Counted from the stretch's first letter, positions 17,321-25,685 are shown. The stretch is 45,233 nt of DNA from Eubacteriales bacterium (GCA_045636085.1 JAZTWU010000159.1:1-45233), one strand, 5' to 3'. Made by a program: numbers and translations. The notes: a model not told the origin generated them from the letters alone.

Positions 17321-18001
17321 TCACATTTTCCTAAGCAAATCCAAAAGCTCCGAAAGCGCCGAGATCTCGGCATCGGGGCGCACCTCCGTGCTTGCAAGCC
17401 CCTTCGGGTTAAACCAAACGGTTTTGATTCCTGCACAGATGCCGCCCTTTATATCCGAGCTGAGGCTATCGCCAACGATCACGGCCTCCTCGCGGCAAAA
17501 GCCCTCGATTTTCCCAAAGCAGGCCTCGAAATATTCAAGCGACGGCTTATTGAAGCCGATCTCCTCCGAAACGAAGCGCGCCTCAAAATATTTCTCGATT
17601 CCCGCCGAGGCCACGCGCCCCGCCTGCACGGAGGCAAGCCCATTCGTGGCAAGATAGAGCTTATATTTTCCGTAAAGCTCCGAAAGAAGCGCCTCTGCGC
17701 CATCCACGAAGTAATGCCCCTCGGAGAGATACCCCTCGTACACCGCAGGCGCGCGCTCCGCGCCCTCCGCCTTCATCTCGGCAAAGAAGCGCTCAAAGCG
17801 AATTTTTCTGAGCGCGGCACGGGTGATCTCCCCGCGCTCCAGCGCCTCCCAGCACGCTTTATTGATCCGACTGTAACACGCGGCGTTTTCCTCCGTCACG
17901 GCAATGCCGAAGGCGCGCATCGTTTTCTCAATCGCGGCGGCCTCCGCCTTATGAAAATCCAGAATGGTGTCATCCAGATCCAGAAATACATACCTGATCA
18001 T
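17321..18001 (-). CDS. HAD-superfamily hydrolase, YjjG-like (noncanonical pyrimidine nucleotidase type)
   Basis: Motif I is FLDLDDTILDF, motif II is LATNG, and motif III/IV is K...VGDSLSSDIKGG. Confidence 0.8.
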   Translation of the reverse strand: MIRYVFLDLDDTILDFHKAEAAAIEKTMRAFGIAVTEENAACYSRINKACWEALERGEITRAALRKIRFERFFAEMKAEGAERAPAVYEGYLSEGHYFVDGAEALLSELYGKYKLYLATNGLASVQAGRVASAGIEKYFEARFVSEEIGFNKPSLEYFEACFGKIEGFCREEAVIVGDSLSSDIKGGICAGIKTVWFNPKGLASTEVRPDAEISALSELLDLLRKM

Positions 18002-18035
18002 TCTTTTTTCCTGTTCTTTTTCTTTGCATTAAAAA

Positions 18036-18075
18036 GGCGAGGATCGTCTATATCGACCATCGCCTTTTGTTTTAC
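18036..18075. terminator. Terminator-like hairpin about 35 nt upstream of the HAD start codon
   Basis: The hairpin GGCGAGGATC...GACCATCGCC (18036-18064) is flanked by AAAAA and TTTTGTTTT, so it looks like a terminator in both orientations. Confidence 0.4.
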
Positions 18076-18121
18076 TTTTTATTTTGCCGAAGCATCTTTG
18101 ATTTTTGAGCACGGCTTTCAC

Positions 18122-18412
18122 GAAAATCAGCGCCTTGCGCCGAAACCCGTTCGCCGCACCTGCACGAAGGTACCGTCTTCGCGGCGTCTCAAATTTCGGA
18201 TGATAAGATTCGATTTTTAAGGATGGCGTACAAGAGTACGTCGACGAAAAAATCGGAGCCTTGCGCCGAAATTTGTTCGCCGCACCATTACCCAAGCACC
18301 GTCTTCGCGGCGCCTCAAATTTCGGATGATAAGATTCGATTTTTAAGGATGGCGTACAAGAGTACGTCGACGAGAAAATCGGAGCTTTGCGCCGAAATTT
18401 GTTCGCCGCACC
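18122..18412. repeat. Tandem direct repeat with a 126-nt period and about 2.4 copies; each unit is a long imperfect palindrome
   Basis: Units 18172-18297 and 18298-18412 differ at 3 of 115 aligned positions. A more diverged partial copy lies at 18122-18160 plus an 11-nt linker. Within a unit, GCGGCG..AAATTTCGG pairs with CCGAAATTT..CGCCGC, CGATTTTT pairs with AAAAATCG, and GGCGTAC pairs with GTACGTC. Confidence 0.9.
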
Positions 18413-19579
18413 TTACAGCTCGGCTTCGCGATTTTCCAAAGCCGCCAGCGCTACGCGGAACGCTCTCGCCCCTTTCATTCTTTCCTCCTCATTATCGGAA
18501 CGAAGGAGGGGAAGGAGCTTGCGGTAGACCTCGCCTGCGGCATTCATATCGCGGGCGAAATGCTCCGCGCCGAACAGAGGCATCGTTTTATCCACAAGGT
18601 CAAAATAATAGAGGCCGAAGGCATCGCATTCCAGATTTTTCGGCACGAGGAAGCGCGGAGCGATCTCTCCGACGAGGAGAACGCGCAAAGCGGTTTCCAT
18701 ACCGTATTTTTTCTCACTGATCACGCGGGTGATGCGGTTGATGATCTCGCTACCGCTATCCACGCCCGTGATATCAATCGTTTCGGTGACGAAGCGCATA
18801 TGACCGAATGAAAGCTTCTTCACATCGATCGAAAGCTCGCCCTCCTGATAATCCACGATGATCAGATTGGCACCGCCAACGCCCGTATTTTCAAAGCCCG
18901 TGCACTCCAGCGCGCCGCAATAGCTATAAATCACGGAATCCCCGATCTTCATAAAGTCACTCGCCTCGTGGCGCGAGCCGAGCGCATAATAATCCGCGCG
19001 GAACTTCTTCAGTTCGTTTTCGGAAAGGGGGCAAAGCTCGGAATCGATCTCGCCGCCGAGATCACCGTAGCCGCAAACGAGGTTGATACGGGAGGTATCG
19101 TCCACCGTTTTTTCATAGAGAGGGCTTTCCGTCATCTTCTTGCCCGTGAAGGCCCAGCCGTAAACCGTTATATTAAACTGCTCGAAATCGAAGCGCGAGA
19201 GCGTATCCTTCGAGAAAACATATACATTGGAGGGAAGGCGGCCCGAGGTATAAATGGGATTATTCTCGTAGCAATCCGACTTGCCGGGAGAGATAATGAA
19301 GACGGTTTCCGAGCAATTGCGGAACTCGCGGATCAAAACCTCTGCGGTGGTATTGGTTGCATAATCGTTATCAAAGAGATCACCGCTGATAAGAACCACA
19401 TTCACGCCGCGATCGCGCACGTATTGCATCATACGCATAAAGGAGGAGCGCAGCTCTCTGCGCCTTTCATCGCACTTCTCCGCAGTTAATCCCACGGTGG
19501 GGGTATCCAAATGAATATCCGAGCAATGCAGGAATCTGAGATGCGTATTTTTTCCGGTTTCGCTCATAATTTCGCCCAT
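18413..19579 (-). CDS. SbcD/YhaO-like metallophosphoesterase with degenerate metal-binding motifs
   Basis: Motif I (LHCSDIHLD) and motif II (ISGDLFD) are intact. Motif III reads ISPGKSD instead of GNHD/E, motif IV reads CGYGD instead of xHGx, and motif V reads ALGSRH instead of GHxH. RBS gggagaaaagg precedes ATG 19579. Confidence 0.75.
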   Translation of the reverse strand: MGEIMSETGKNTHLRFLHCSDIHLDTPTVGLTAEKCDERRRELRSSFMRMMQYVRDRGVNVVLISGDLFDNDYATNTTAEVLIREFRNCSETVFIISPGKSDCYENNPIYTSGRLPSNVYVFSKDTLSRFDFEQFNITVYGWAFTGKKMTESPLYEKTVDDTSRINLVCGYGDLGGEIDSELCPLSENELKKFRADYYALGSRHEASDFMKIGDSVIYSYCGALECTGFENTGVGGANLIIVDYQEGELSIDVKKLSFGHMRFVTETIDITGVDSGSEIINRITRVISEKKYGMETALRVLLVGEIAPRFLVPKNLECDAFGLYYFDLVDKTMPLFGAEHFARDMNAAGEVYRKLLPLLRSDNEEERMKGARAFRVALAALENREAEL

Positions 19580-19622
19580 CCTTTTCTCCCGACGGCGGCG
19601 GGATTTTCTTTCTTTATTTTAT

Positions 19623-19651
19623 AGTATAGCATTTCCTCTCGCCTTTTGCAA
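19623..19651 (-). promoter_or_regulatory. Sigma-70 promoter for the metallophosphoesterase gene
   Basis: The minus strand reads TTGCAA (19651-19646), a 17-nt spacer, then TATACT (19628-19623). Confidence 0.55.
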
Positions 19652-19681
19652 TAATTTTAGCAAAAAAACTTACAAAATGTC

Positions 19682-19710
19682 TTGCAAGCGGATTTTTTTT
19701 GTGTTAAAAT
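19682..19710 (+). promoter_or_regulatory. Sigma-70 promoter for the methyltransferase-AraC unit
   Basis: It reads TTGCAA (19682-19687), a 17-nt spacer containing a T8 run, then TGtTAAAAT (the -10 is at 19705-19710). Confidence 0.55.
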
Positions 19711-19750
19711 AGTCTTACAAAAATCAAGGCAGAAATCGGGAGGTAATGAA

Positions 19751-21262
19751 ATGCTGAATCTTGCTTGCAGAAACACGGCAAAGCTCGTGCGCGCCAAGGC
19801 GGGGAGCGAAAATATTCGTCTCGGACGCTTATTCACGAAAAAGGACACCGCAAAAAGAATGGCGGCAATGTTTTCGCTTGACACGGAGAAAGACGCCTGC
19901 ACGATTCTGGATCCGGGCGCGGGTACAGGCATTCTTGCGGCCGCGCTGATCGAGCGTATCTGCAAGGAGGCGCCGAAGTGCAAGCAGATATTCCTCACCT
20001 GCTATGAAAACGACGAGGATTTCCTTCCTATGCTGAAGGACAACCTTGAGCGCATCCGCAAAAAGTGCCGCCACGACTATGAGGTGCGCCTTTTCGCCAC
20101 CGTTTACGAGGAAAATTACCTCACCTGCTCCAAGGAGCATTACACCGTTCATTTCTTCCGCCGCGTGGAGGACACCTTCGACTATATCATCTGCAATCCC
20201 CCGAAAAACCTTTATGAGAAAGGCTCAGAGGAGGCCGAGGCCATCGGCGGCATCAGCACCGTGAAGGCGCACGGCGCTCTGCTCTTTGCCGAAACGGCGA
20301 AGCGCCACCTTGAGGAGGGCGGACAGCTCGTGATCCTTATGCCAACGACGATTGCCTCCGCCACCGAGCAGCGCCCCTTCCGCCTCTCTCTCTTTTCCGC
20401 AATGCCGATCACGGGCGTTCACCTCTTTATCGGAAAGCAGAAAAACACGCGCCGCGCCGTGCCCCTGAAAAAGGAATGCATTCTTGCAATGCGCAAGGGC
20501 GAGGCCCCTGCCGAGGTGCAGATCTATACCTCGGCGGATCACGGCGCAAAAACTGCCGCTCTCTCCCCGCTTCCCTACGACTTCGTTGTGGACAAGAACG
20601 GCCACGGGCTGACGCTCCCGAAGAGCGCCGAGGATGCGAGCATCGTGCTTTTTATCAACGGATTCCCCGAAACGCTGGATAGCCTCGGTCTCCGTATGCG
20701 CACGGGCCTCGTGCTGGACAACCGCTCAGGCGGAATGCTTTTCAACGACCCCGTGAAGGGAACGATTCCGCTCCTTCGCACCGCGGCGATCGAGAACGGA
20801 CTCGTGCAATTTCCCGCCGCCGTGCCGAAGCAATACATCGCGCCGCTTTCAAAAAATCTGATTCAGCCCAACAAAAATATGATCCTTATCAAGCGCGTGC
20901 CCGCCAAGAGAGACGAAAGATTTCTGAATGCAGGCATCTATCTTGCCTCCCGCCTGCCCACCTATCGCTTCATCAGCACGCACAACAAGCTGAACTTTAT
21001 CGACACGAAGGAGGCGGGCGGCGAAATCTGCGCAAGACTTCTTTACGGCCTCTTTGCGCTCCTCAATTCCACGATCTACGACCGCTACATCTCCATCGTT
21101 TCAAAATCCAAGCAGATCAACGCAAAGGAATTCAAATCTCTCCCCCTTCCTCCGCGCAATCTGATCGAAAATATCGGTATGCGCCTTGGCGAGGTGCGGC
21201 TGACGGATGTGCGCACTTGCGACAAAATTGTAAACCCCACTTTCCATATTAAGGAAAAATAA
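19751..21262 (+). CDS. Gamma-class N6-adenine DNA methyltransferase-like protein (Eco57I/TaqI-like, TaqI-type C-terminal TRD) with atypical motif IV NPPK
   Basis: Motif I is ILDPGAGTGIL. Motif IV is DYIICNPPK (20195-20206 encodes N-P-P-K). The C-terminal region (LLNSTIYDRYISIVS...EFKSLPLP) resembles the TaqI_C specificity domain. I moved the start to ATG 19751 (RBS gggagg). Confidence 0.75.
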   Translation: MLNLACRNTAKLVRAKAGSENIRLGRLFTKKDTAKRMAAMFSLDTEKDACTILDPGAGTGILAAALIERICKEAPKCKQIFLTCYENDEDFLPMLKDNLERIRKKCRHDYEVRLFATVYEENYLTCSKEHYTVHFFRRVEDTFDYIICNPPKNLYEKGSEEAEAIGGISTVKAHGALLFAETAKRHLEEGGQLVILMPTTIASATEQRPFRLSLFSAMPITGVHLFIGKQKNTRRAVPLKKECILAMRKGEAPAEVQIYTSADHGAKTAALSPLPYDFVVDKNGHGLTLPKSAEDASIVLFINGFPETLDSLGLRMRTGLVLDNRSGGMLFNDPVKGTIPLLRTAAIENGLVQFPAAVPKQYIAPLSKNLIQPNKNMILIKRVPAKRDERFLNAGIYLASRLPTYRFISTHNKLNFIDTKEAGGEICARLLYGLFALLNSTIYDRYISIVSKSKQINAKEFKSLPLPPRNLIENIGMRLGEVRLTDVRTCDKIVNPTFHIKEK

Positions 21263-21285
21263 GAGAAAATCAACGAGGATTTTCG

Positions 21286-22188
21286 ATGAAGACTTCGGTT
21301 TTATACGATAACTATTTTTATTCCTCTTACACGCTTCAAATTGAAAATCTTTCCTTGACGGTGACGCTCGACGGCGGCATTTATTCAAGGACCGTGCGCT
21401 CAACGCCTCTGCACAGTCATCCCGTTTTTGAGCTACAAGCGGTTTTGGACGGAGGGCTTGCTCTGAACATTCAGGATGCCGACGAGATCCGCCTTGAAAA
21501 AAATGAGATCTGCCTGCTCCCGCCCGATCTTTATCACGGCGTTACCCCATTAGACGGCACGGTGCGGCTCACGCTTCGCTTCTCCCTTCAGCGCATCGGC
21601 GATGCGGAGGGCGAGGAGGATGTCCACGCGCGCTTTGCAAGGCTTTCGCGCGTTGCCTGCATCAAGGATGCCGAGCAGATCCTGCGCATTCTTGAGCGCA
21701 TCCGCGACGAGGCGCTTTCGCCGATGGCAGTATCCGATGCGCTTTGCCGCGCCTATTTTTCCGAGCTTTTTCTTCTGCTTTACCGCCGCCTCGGCGCGCA
21801 GGACTGCACCGCTCCCAGACTTTCGCTGGAGGAAAGCGACGACGAGAACGCGCGCTACAATAAAATCGAATTTATGATGCAACAGCGAATGGCAGAGCTT
21901 TTCCGCGAGGAGGATCTGGCCGAGGCGCTTGGTCTTTCCGTGCGGCAGACCAGCCGCGTGATGCAAAAGATCTTTGGAATGAGCTTTCGGAAAAAGCTTC
22001 TTGAGCTCAGGCTTCATTTTGCCAAGGGTCTTCTCGTGACCACGGAGGATCCCGTGGACACCATTGCCGCCACCGTGGGCTATACCTCCCCCTCGGGCTT
22101 TCATATCGCCTTCAAAAAGGCCTTTGGGCTCACGCCGAGCGAATACCGAGAGGCAAATATGCGTCCTTCCTTTAATAATGGGACATAA
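21286..22188 (+). CDS. AraC-family transcriptional regulator (cupin sensor + HTH)
   Basis: N-terminal cupin-like features: HSHPVFELQ and LLPPDLYHG. The C-terminus GYTSPSGFHIAFKKAFGLTPSEYR is the AraC HTH_18 signature. Confidence 0.85.
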   Translation: MKTSVLYDNYFYSSYTLQIENLSLTVTLDGGIYSRTVRSTPLHSHPVFELQAVLDGGLALNIQDADEIRLEKNEICLLPPDLYHGVTPLDGTVRLTLRFSLQRIGDAEGEEDVHARFARLSRVACIKDAEQILRILERIRDEALSPMAVSDALCRAYFSELFLLLYRRLGAQDCTAPRLSLEESDDENARYNKIEFMMQQRMAELFREEDLAEALGLSVRQTSRVMQKIFGMSFRKKLLELRLHFAKGLLVTTEDPVDTIAATVGYTSPSGFHIAFKKAFGLTPSEYREANMRPSFNNGT

Positions 22189-22215
22189 TTTCAAAAAAAA
22201 CGGCCGAGTGTTGGG

Positions 22216-22244
22216 TTGCTTTTTTTCGTTTCCTTCGCTATAAT
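22216..22244 (+). promoter_or_regulatory. Putative promoter of the PnuC-like operon
   Basis: It reads TTGCTT (22216-22221), a 17-nt spacer, then TATAAT (22239-22244). A weak hairpin flanked by A8 and T7 lies just upstream (about 22192-22227) and may terminate the AraC transcript. Confidence 0.4.
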
Positions 22245-22259
22245 TAAGGTATAAGATTT

Positions 22260-22970
22260 ATGAGCGAGGATTTTCTTGTGAAAAAAGCATTTACCTTTAT
22301 CGCATCGCGCCGTTTTTTGCTTATTCTGACAGCCATTGGAATGACGGCAACCTATATCGCCTTCCCCTCCCCCTTTTATCTTGTGCTACCGCTTTATATC
22401 TCTCTTTTCGTGAACCTTCTGACCTCAAAGGCCAACCGCTATTGTTTTCTGATCGGCGGACTGAATTCGATCCTTTATGCGATCACCTATATTTCGCTCG
22501 GCATCTATATGTCGGCCTTCTATGCCTTTTTCTTCTCCTTCACCCTGCAGATCTGCACCTTCTTTTCCTGGAAGAAGCGAGGCTATAAAAATTCGACGAC
22601 CTTCCGCAAAATGTCGCCGAGGCTGATCACCCTCATTTCCCTCTCCTTCGTTCTCGTTTACTTCTCCGCCTACTTTGTGATGACGCTTCTCGGCTCCAGC
22701 TTCGTGCTTTTGGATACCTTCACCTCCCTGCTTGGCATTCTCGTTACAATACTGCATCTCTTCTCCTTCCGCGAGGCCGCCTTTGTGCAAACCGTCAGCA
22801 CCCTGATCGGCTTCGCTCTCCAGATCGCCCTCGTGATGGAGGATCCCTCGCGCTGGCCCTTCCTCGTCAGCCACATTCATTCGACGATCTGCGTCTGGAG
22901 AAGCGTTCCCACCATTTGGAAGCTCTATAAGGAGCAGCAGGCACAGAAGCCGACCGAGGCCGCGCTTTGA
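22260..22970 (+). CDS. PnuC-family (nicotinamide-riboside-transporter-like) membrane protein, substrate unknown
   Basis: It is 236 aa with about 7 TMs. The block LTSKANRYCFLIGGLNSILYAITYISLGIYMSAFYAFFFSFTLQICTFFSWKK matches the PnuC pattern (basic-N-x-W/F, G-x-x-x-x-x-Y, Y-G-W-x-x-W-like). Confidence 0.55.
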   Translation: MSEDFLVKKAFTFIASRRFLLILTAIGMTATYIAFPSPFYLVLPLYISLFVNLLTSKANRYCFLIGGLNSILYAITYISLGIYMSAFYAFFFSFTLQICTFFSWKKRGYKNSTTFRKMSPRLITLISLSFVLVYFSAYFVMTLLGSSFVLLDTFTSLLGILVTILHLFSFREAAFVQTVSTLIGFALQIALVMEDPSRWPFLVSHIHSTICVWRSVPTIWKLYKEQQAQKPTEAAL

Positions 22971-22991
22971 TGCTCCGAGAAAGGAAGACCT

Positions 22992-24551
22992 ATGCTGAAT
23001 ATCAAAAATCGCAGAGAATGTTTTTTTGACGATTTTCTGATCGACACCGAGAAAACCACCGCAAAAAGGCTTTTGCATCATCCCGAGAAGCGCGAGCGCG
23101 TGCTTTTGCACGATGCGCCCTGGGAGGGCGACGGATGTATCTATCATCATATCTTTTTTGATCCCCGCTGGCACGGCGTGAAGGGGGATTATCCCAACGG
23201 AACCTACCGCATGTACTATCTTGGCTACCACGGTGGCGAATTCTGCGAATTTTGGACCAAGGATCAGCTCGAGGGCGGCTTTCGCATCTGCTATGCGGAG
23301 AGCGGCGACGGCATTCATTTTGAGAAGCCCGATCTTGGTATCTGCACCTACGGCGGCAGTACGCACAACAACCTGATCCTCGACAAAACCATTCATCCCG
23401 AATCCTGCCAGCTCTATATTTTCTACGACGAAAACCCCGATTGCCCCAAAAGCGAGCGCTACAAGGGCATCACGGCCTGGGATCCTCCGAAGGTGCCCGG
23501 GAAGAAAAACGAGTTTCGCCTTTTCACAATGCTCTCCGAGGACGGCATTCATTTCCGCTTCGGCGAAATGATCACGAACAAGGGATACTTTGACTCGCTC
23601 AATATCATGATGTGGGACGCGGAGGAAAAGCTTTACCGCCTCTACGCGCGCGGCATGCGCATCAAGGGAATGAGCGCGGAGGAAAGCACCAGGCTCGGAT
23701 GGGATACCATCGGCGGCAAAATCACGGATGCCTCCGTGAAGGCGTATCGCGAGGTATTCTATTTTGAATCCCGCGACTACAAGACCTGGAGCGATCCCGT
23801 CTGCCTCTCCTACGAGGACGGCGAAGAATATCATATGTATACCAACGGCATCAGCCGCTACCACCGCGCGCCGCATATCTATATCGGCTTCCCCACGCGC
23901 TACAACGAGCGCACGGAATGGACAAAAAGCTATGACGAGCTTTGCGGCAAGGAAAAGAGATGGCCGCGCTATAAATCCGCAAACCCAAGATCCGGCCTTG
24001 CCGTGACGGACTGCGGCTTTATGACCTCGCGTGACGGACTGCATTTCAACCGCTTCAAGGCCGCATTTATGCGCCCCGGCCCCGAGCATCCAAACGGCTG
24101 GCTCTACGGCGATTGCTATCCCACGCCCATTCCGATGGTTACGAAATCGCAGATCCCGGGAGCGGACGACGAGCTTTCCTTCTATTCTGCGGATGGGCAT
24201 TGCCTCGGCAACCCGGCCGAGCTTTATCGATACGTGATCCGCATGGACGGCTTTGCCTCCCTGCACGCAGAGGAGGAGGAAACGGTTGTGACAAAGCCCT
24301 TTGTCTATGAGGGCGATGCAATGTACGCAAACCTCTCCACCTCGGCCTTCGGCTATCTTTATTTCACGCTTACCTGCGGCGAGGAGCGCGCCGAAAGCTG
24401 CGAGATCTTTGGCGACAGCATTGATAAGCGCATTCATTTTCCCGAGGACGCCCTGCGGCGCTTTTCGGGCAAGGAGGTCGTTTTAAAGATCAAAATGCTT
24501 GATGCCGACCTCTACTCCATCAAATTTGACAAGAAAGGTGCACCCCTATGA
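22992..24551 (+). CDS. Signal-less beta-propeller protein with Asp-box-like repeats; predicted glycoside hydrolase of unknown family
   Basis: S-x-D-G-x-x-F/W motifs recur: ESGDGIHF, LSEDGIHF, ESRDYKTW and TSRDGLHF. The N-terminal pattern FFDDFLID...PWEG...YRMYY is seen in uncharacterised GH-like propellers. The C-terminal VIRMDGFASL suggests a beta-sandwich. Confidence 0.45.
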   Translation: MLNIKNRRECFFDDFLIDTEKTTAKRLLHHPEKRERVLLHDAPWEGDGCIYHHIFFDPRWHGVKGDYPNGTYRMYYLGYHGGEFCEFWTKDQLEGGFRICYAESGDGIHFEKPDLGICTYGGSTHNNLILDKTIHPESCQLYIFYDENPDCPKSERYKGITAWDPPKVPGKKNEFRLFTMLSEDGIHFRFGEMITNKGYFDSLNIMMWDAEEKLYRLYARGMRIKGMSAEESTRLGWDTIGGKITDASVKAYREVFYFESRDYKTWSDPVCLSYEDGEEYHMYTNGISRYHRAPHIYIGFPTRYNERTEWTKSYDELCGKEKRWPRYKSANPRSGLAVTDCGFMTSRDGLHFNRFKAAFMRPGPEHPNGWLYGDCYPTPIPMVTKSQIPGADDELSFYSADGHCLGNPAELYRYVIRMDGFASLHAEEEETVVTKPFVYEGDAMYANLSTSAFGYLYFTLTCGEERAESCEIFGDSIDKRIHFPEDALRRFSGKEVVLKIKMLDADLYSIKFDKKGAPL

Positions 24552-25651
24552 AGATAATTGGAAAAACCGTTCATACCATCCCGCCGACGAAGAACAATCC
24601 AAGAAACGGCGAGGGTGACTTTATCCGCCTGCCCGACGGCAGAATTATGTTTGCTTATTCCGAATATTACAGCGACAATCCACACGACCACGCCCCCTCG
24701 CAGATCACCGCCGTTTTCTCCTCAGACGAGGGCGAAAGCTTTGGCGGCCGCCGCGTTCTGGTTGCTCCGCGAGAGGATGTTGTGAACCGTATGAGCGTTT
24801 CTCTTCTCAAAATGCAAAACGGCGAGATCGGAATGTTTTACGGCGAAAAATATATGAGCGAGGGCGGAAAAATCTATATGCGCCTGATGCTCACGCGCAC
24901 CAAGGACGGCGAAAGCTTCTCCGAGCCGATCAACTGCACCGAGGGCATACAGTACAGCGTTTTTGAAAACGCGCGCGTGATCCGCCTTTCCTCGGGGCGC
25001 ATTCTTATTCCCTCCAACGATCACCCCTACGGCGAGGACGGAAACATTTCCCTTCGCGGCATCACGGAATATTTTTATTCCGATGACGACGGAAAAACCT
25101 TTAAAAAATTTCCCGTCCGCTATGAAAACCCCTGCGCATCCGTCAGCTCCGGGCTTCAGGAAACCGGCGTGATTGAGATCGAAAATGAAAGGATCCTCGC
25201 CTTCTCGCGCACGGATGCATCCTGCCAATTTCTTTCGCTTTCCGAGGACGGCGGCGAAACCTTCACAACCCCCGCGCCCTCCCTTTTCTTCACGGGTGCC
25301 TGCTCGCCGATGCATATGCGCCATCTGCAAAACGGAAAAACTCTCGCCGTCTGGAACCCCGTTCCGCCGACGCCCCTGACCAATGTGCGAAAGAACTTCA
25401 CCCGCACGCCGCTTGCCTGCGCCGTCGTGGACGGCAAGGGAGAAAAATTCCTCGGCAATCTTCTGACCGTGCCGGCAAAAATGTTCCTTCTCGAGGATGA
25501 CCGCAAGGAGGCCTATTGCTACCCCGCCGTTTTTGCCGATAAGGACTATTTCCTCTGCGCCTATTATCACTCCTATGGGACGGGCTTTATCCTTTCCGCC
25601 ACCGTGATCAAAAAGGTGATGCTCTCCGAAATCGAGGACGACGGAGAATAA
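24548..25651 (+). CDS. GH33-like exo-alpha-sialidase, small cytoplasmic type
   Basis: An RIP-like motif is present (DFIRLPDGRI). There are four Asp boxes: SSDEGESF, TKDGESF, SDDDGKTF and SEDGGETF. It is 367 aa with no N-terminal hydrophobic signal. Its ATG overlaps the upstream stop (ATGA). Confidence 0.65.
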   Translation: MKIIGKTVHTIPPTKNNPRNGEGDFIRLPDGRIMFAYSEYYSDNPHDHAPSQITAVFSSDEGESFGGRRVLVAPREDVVNRMSVSLLKMQNGEIGMFYGEKYMSEGGKIYMRLMLTRTKDGESFSEPINCTEGIQYSVFENARVIRLSSGRILIPSNDHPYGEDGNISLRGITEYFYSDDDGKTFKKFPVRYENPCASVSSGLQETGVIEIENERILAFSRTDASCQFLSLSEDGGETFTTPAPSLFFTGACSPMHMRHLQNGKTLAVWNPVPPTPLTNVRKNFTRTPLACAVVDGKGEKFLGNLLTVPAKMFLLEDDRKEAYCYPAVFADKDYFLCAYYHSYGTGFILSATVIKKVMLSEIEDDGE

Positions 25652-25685
25652 TCCCAAAATACGCAATCAAGAAGGAAAAACGAAA

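Noticed and set aside
18122-18412. Whether the tandem repeat could be a CRISPR array or an integron attC site
   Set aside because: The units are contiguous with only an 11-nt linker, are far longer than CRISPR repeats, and have no unique spacers or cas genes. The ends do not match the attC R'' / R' consensus (RYYYAAC / GTTRRRY), and no integrase is present.
18223-18720. A 165-aa ORF containing a duplicated peptide (MAYKSTST.KSE.CAEICSPH twice)
   Set aside because: The internal duplication simply mirrors the 126-nt DNA tandem repeat. The ORF then runs antisense into the phosphoesterase gene, and it has no RBS.
19693-19700. T8 homopolymers inside the promoter spacers (here and at 36061-36068) as phase-variation switches
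   Set aside because: Eight residues is short for efficient slippage. Both spacers are already the optimal 17 nt, and without population data this is indistinguishable from ordinary AT-rich spacer sequence.
18413-21262. Whether the phosphoesterase plus methyltransferase form a restriction-modification or other known defence system
   Set aside because: No endonuclease (PD-(D/E)xK, HNH), helicase or ATPase gene is present. The phosphoesterase is SbcD-like with degraded metal motifs. I kept the two atypical genes as separate low-confidence observations only.
22425-24437. A 670-aa minus-strand ORF spanning the PnuC-like and propeller genes
   Set aside because: It lies entirely antisense to two genes with recognisable motifs. 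Its composition is Ala/Gly/Arg/His-rich and low in complexity, it has no RBS, and I recognise no family. This is typical of stop-poor antisense frames in GC-biased coding DNA.
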